This document shows positions 61,161 to 64,000 of a stretch of DNA of 64,000 bases, in pieces (position 1 is the stretch's first letter; every line of letters starts with the position of its first letter). The stretch comes from Phyllobates terribilis. Its lineage: Eukaryota. A program made the position numbers and the translations under genes. The stretch is from assembly GCF_046119375.1 (NCBI RefSeq), contig NW_027362763.1:724656001-724720000 (forward strand), written 5' to 3'. A model generated the notes under the pieces. The model was given only the letters and a program-made list of their open reading frames with translations, made no database searches and was not told the DNA's origin.

Positions 61161-62678
61161 GTAAGCAATGGAAAACAAAACCGTAAAGCTGCAGAAGAAT
61201 AATTCCAAGGATGCAGCAGCTGAAATCCCTGGCGATGAGCTGCGGCCATTAGTCACCACTGCTGGGAACATTTAGTATTTTATGACGTCCCTTCAAATAA
61301 TAGGCATTTACCTGTAAAACAACCTGCGTTCCTTATTCATATCTGTGCTTGGGGTTCAGCTGCTGCAGGGCTGTCACTGACAGGGGCTGTGACCCAGCTT
61401 TTCTGAGAACCAGAATGGCCTATCTGCTCCTTTGCTCATTTATAAATGAGAAAGGGATATATTACATTTACCAGTTAGAAGTCTGGGAAAGCGGGGTGGC
61501 AGTAAGGCAGTGCCACTACATGGCAGATGTTTTCCATCTCTGATTTTGCTACGGATTTCACTTAATGCATTTTACGGCTTTTACGTTTGTTTTTGTACAC
61601 ATTTTTCTGCTACATGTGTATGTGGGTGTGAAAACCCTACTGGAACGAAATCCGTGCCGCACATCTGCAGCAATTCTGTCATGTCTGAATGTGCTCTGAG
61701 ATCTTGATTGATTGCAGAGATTTTCTAGTAAACCTTTATGAGAAAAGTCTGGGGTCAGTATGCAAATTCTTGTTACTAGAGCTTCATAGGAGGAGATAGG
61801 GGGTCCCCAATTCAAGACACCCCTCTTTTTTGCTTAAAGAGCATATCTTGTTCTATAAGGCCCAACGCTTGCATCTATCAATTCTTGTAATGCTTCGTTT
61901 CCCCTGTGGTGGCGCTGCAGGAGACCTGGACTCTTACTGCTGGATTCTTCTTCAGGTTGCAGCTGATTTCTGGGAGTCTCCATCTTGTGATCGTAATGGA
62001 GGACCATTGTAATAAAAAGGGATTGTCCATAGAGTACGATCCTTTTAACCCCTTATCCACATCCGCAATACATTTCCGGCTGGTCTGCGCACTTACCGTT
62101 TGTGATATACCGCTGGCACTCGACTGACTGTTGCACTTGGAGCTCGCACTGACTGCAATGGTTGTGCCTCTTAGATTAATACAATAGATTGTAATACGTG
62201 ACCAGCCGGTCGCAGGTTCTATTTACCTTAGAGCCAGGGGTGGGGAACCTCAGGCCCACGGGCTGTTTACGGCCTTCGGTAACCTTTTATTCAGCCCCCG
62301 GCAGCTGTGTTTTGATGGCTGCTAGCCCATTCATCTCATCTTGCCCTGTGCGCACGCAGTGTTCACTACTGAACCCTGACGCGCGTGCAGTGAAAAATTA
62401 CATCCTGACCCCAGTGCCAGCGTCAGGACATACTTTGGGGGCAGAGTTAGCGCCTGATTAGTACGGCCCCTGAAGGGTGGTATAAATAGCCAAATGGCTC
62501 TTGGCAAAAAAAAAAAATGATTCCCCACCCCTGCCTTCAGGGATTAATAAAATATATATATATAGAACACCCAAAAATATATTGCTGCACCTCCAAGGGG
62601 CTAACACACTGTATAAATCAACGTAAGGTGATGGCAACATCTTCACTCCTTCATACTTTTATATTTTTATTGTTCTAG

Positions 62679-62743
62679 GGATCTGTGCCATGTGTGGGAA
62701 GAAAGTCCTGGACACAAAGAACTATAAGCAAACCTCCGTGTAA
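62679..62743 (+). CDS. CRIPT: CRIPT last exon (single copy)
   Basis: TAG|gg ICAMCGKKVLDTKNYKQTSV*; class I PDZ-binding end QTSV; exons 1-5 sum to 306 nt = 101 aa + stop with four CxxC motifs. Confidence 0.97.
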
Positions 62744-63048
62744 AGAGCTGTAAAACTGTAGTATAATCACATTTTCCCAGCCGGATGGACGGAGAATTTA
62801 CCTCTGTATCATCCATGGAAATATTTCATGTCCCGACTTTATTTTACTAAGCAGACGAGTTATCTGAGATTTCCATTTCTGATATTAGTTAACGTATTCT
62901 CTGTCTGTGTTTTTTGGTGAATTTGGACTTTTTTTCCCCGCTTTAACTGTATTATGTTATTTTATTGCATTCAATTTGTCATTTTCACAGTGCAGGCGTG
63001 AACTTGAAGTTACAGGGTTAGGGTATCACATTACTGCCATTGCTTCCA

Positions 63049-63058
63049 ATTAAATAAA
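63049..63058 (+). terminator. Candidate CRIPT poly(A) signal
   Basis: Overlapping ATTAAA/AATAAA ~305 nt after the stop codon. Confidence 0.55.
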
Positions 63059-63071
63059 AAAAAACTATAGT

Positions 63072-63600
63072 TCTTAAAGCATCATCAGAAAATAACCGAT
63101 TTAAATAAATTTTTTGTCTTTAAAGTTATTTTTTTTTTTTTTTTAACATGTCACAATTTGTTTTGAAAATAACATTTGCAATTTTCACACTGGCCGCTGG
63201 GGCTTTTACTTTCTTATTGTTTCTGGAGAGAACACATGCACATTAGCAACAATGGTCGGATCCTGACCCTATCTTATGTATTGAAGCATCTAATGAGCGT
63301 GTGCAAAGGTTATCGTGAAAGGAGGGGGAGCTGTGACCACGCCTGTTTTGATTGGTGGATCCTGTGTTATCAGCTGTGTTTAGAGGCTTAACTTGTCATT
63401 TTAAGCACACCTCTGCTGATAAGGAGCCTGCTGAAAAGACAGGAAATAAGAGTCTAAAGAAAAAAGTCCCAGTGGCCTGTGTGAAAATTGCAAAATTACT
63501 AATTTTTTATTTTTATAAAAAACAAAAACCTTTTTCAAAAATACATGTAACATAAAAACCTGATTTAAACAATAAGTAATTTTCTGCTGATACTTCCTTT
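63072..63600. mobile_element. Degenerate fold-back MITE
   Basis: TTGCAATTTTCACACTGGCC (~63177) inverted at ~63473-63492; outer ends uncertain. Confidence 0.45.
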
Positions 63601-64000
63601 CCGAAAGCTTATTCAAACGATTTTCAGCCCATGTAAATAGGTCTTTTAGTTTTTTTTATTATTATTTTTCTTGATTAGAATAATAGAAATCTGGCACAAC
63701 AGATGCTAAACACCAGTGTGAACAGCTCCTAGTCCACACTGAATAACATCTGTGATCTCCGTATCCTTGATCCAGAGTTATGAGTTTTGTAAATTAAAGA
63801 AGCTGAATGTTTTAAAATCTTATGTCTTGTGATGTTTGTTGTGTGTGCTTGGATATACCTTAGTTGTAAAATATCCCTGTACTACTTACACAAAAGTTAA
63901 AGGGGTTGTCTTACAAACAACATGTATATCCTATCCACTGGAAAGGTGATATCTGTATGATTCTACTTGGAATGCCACCGATTATAAGAATGGGAGATCC

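Larger units (their letters stand above)
52400..62653 (+). repeat. 10.25 kb tandem duplication, copy B (contains second copies of all copy-A repeats)
   Basis: Starts GTCACAAATTG (=42043), ends ...ACTCCTTCA (=52299). Confidence 0.97.

Overview
Eukaryotic (anuran/frog-like by repeat content) genomic window carrying the conserved vertebrate block RHOQ(+) / PIGF(-) / CRIPT(+). RHOQ coding exons 3-5 (5682-5846, 16206-16301, 26423-26578), all five PIGF coding exons (219 aa) plus its likely non-coding exon 1, and all five CRIPT exons (101 aa) can be read with canonical GT-AG boundaries and correct phases. RHOQ and PIGF converge with overlapping 3' ends; PIGF and CRIPT share a ~180 bp head-to-head promoter. 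Introns are packed with transposon debris (L1, L2, CR1, Penelope-like, Gmr1-type Gypsy, three Tc1-family elements, many hAT/Harbinger/TTAA MITEs). The most striking structure is a 7.6 kb composite insertion (6141-13716) inside an L1 3' UTR, bounded by one 11-12 bp target-site duplication: an inverted Penelope-like body with a hammerhead ribozyme, a ~105 bp orphan spacer, and a Gypsy element with no 5' LTR whose right end is LTR + exactly 18 nt of tRNA-Leu PBS, i.e. the shape of a reverse-transcription intermediate captured before plus-strand transfer at what looks like a twin-priming junction. A 10.25 kb near-perfect tandem duplication (42043-52299 / 52400-62653) flanking a 100-N gap duplicates CRIPT exons 2-4 in frame but is most likely an assembly artefact. 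Gene and family names come from recalled sequence knowledge, not database searches; MITE superfamily calls rest on TSD/TIR signatures only.
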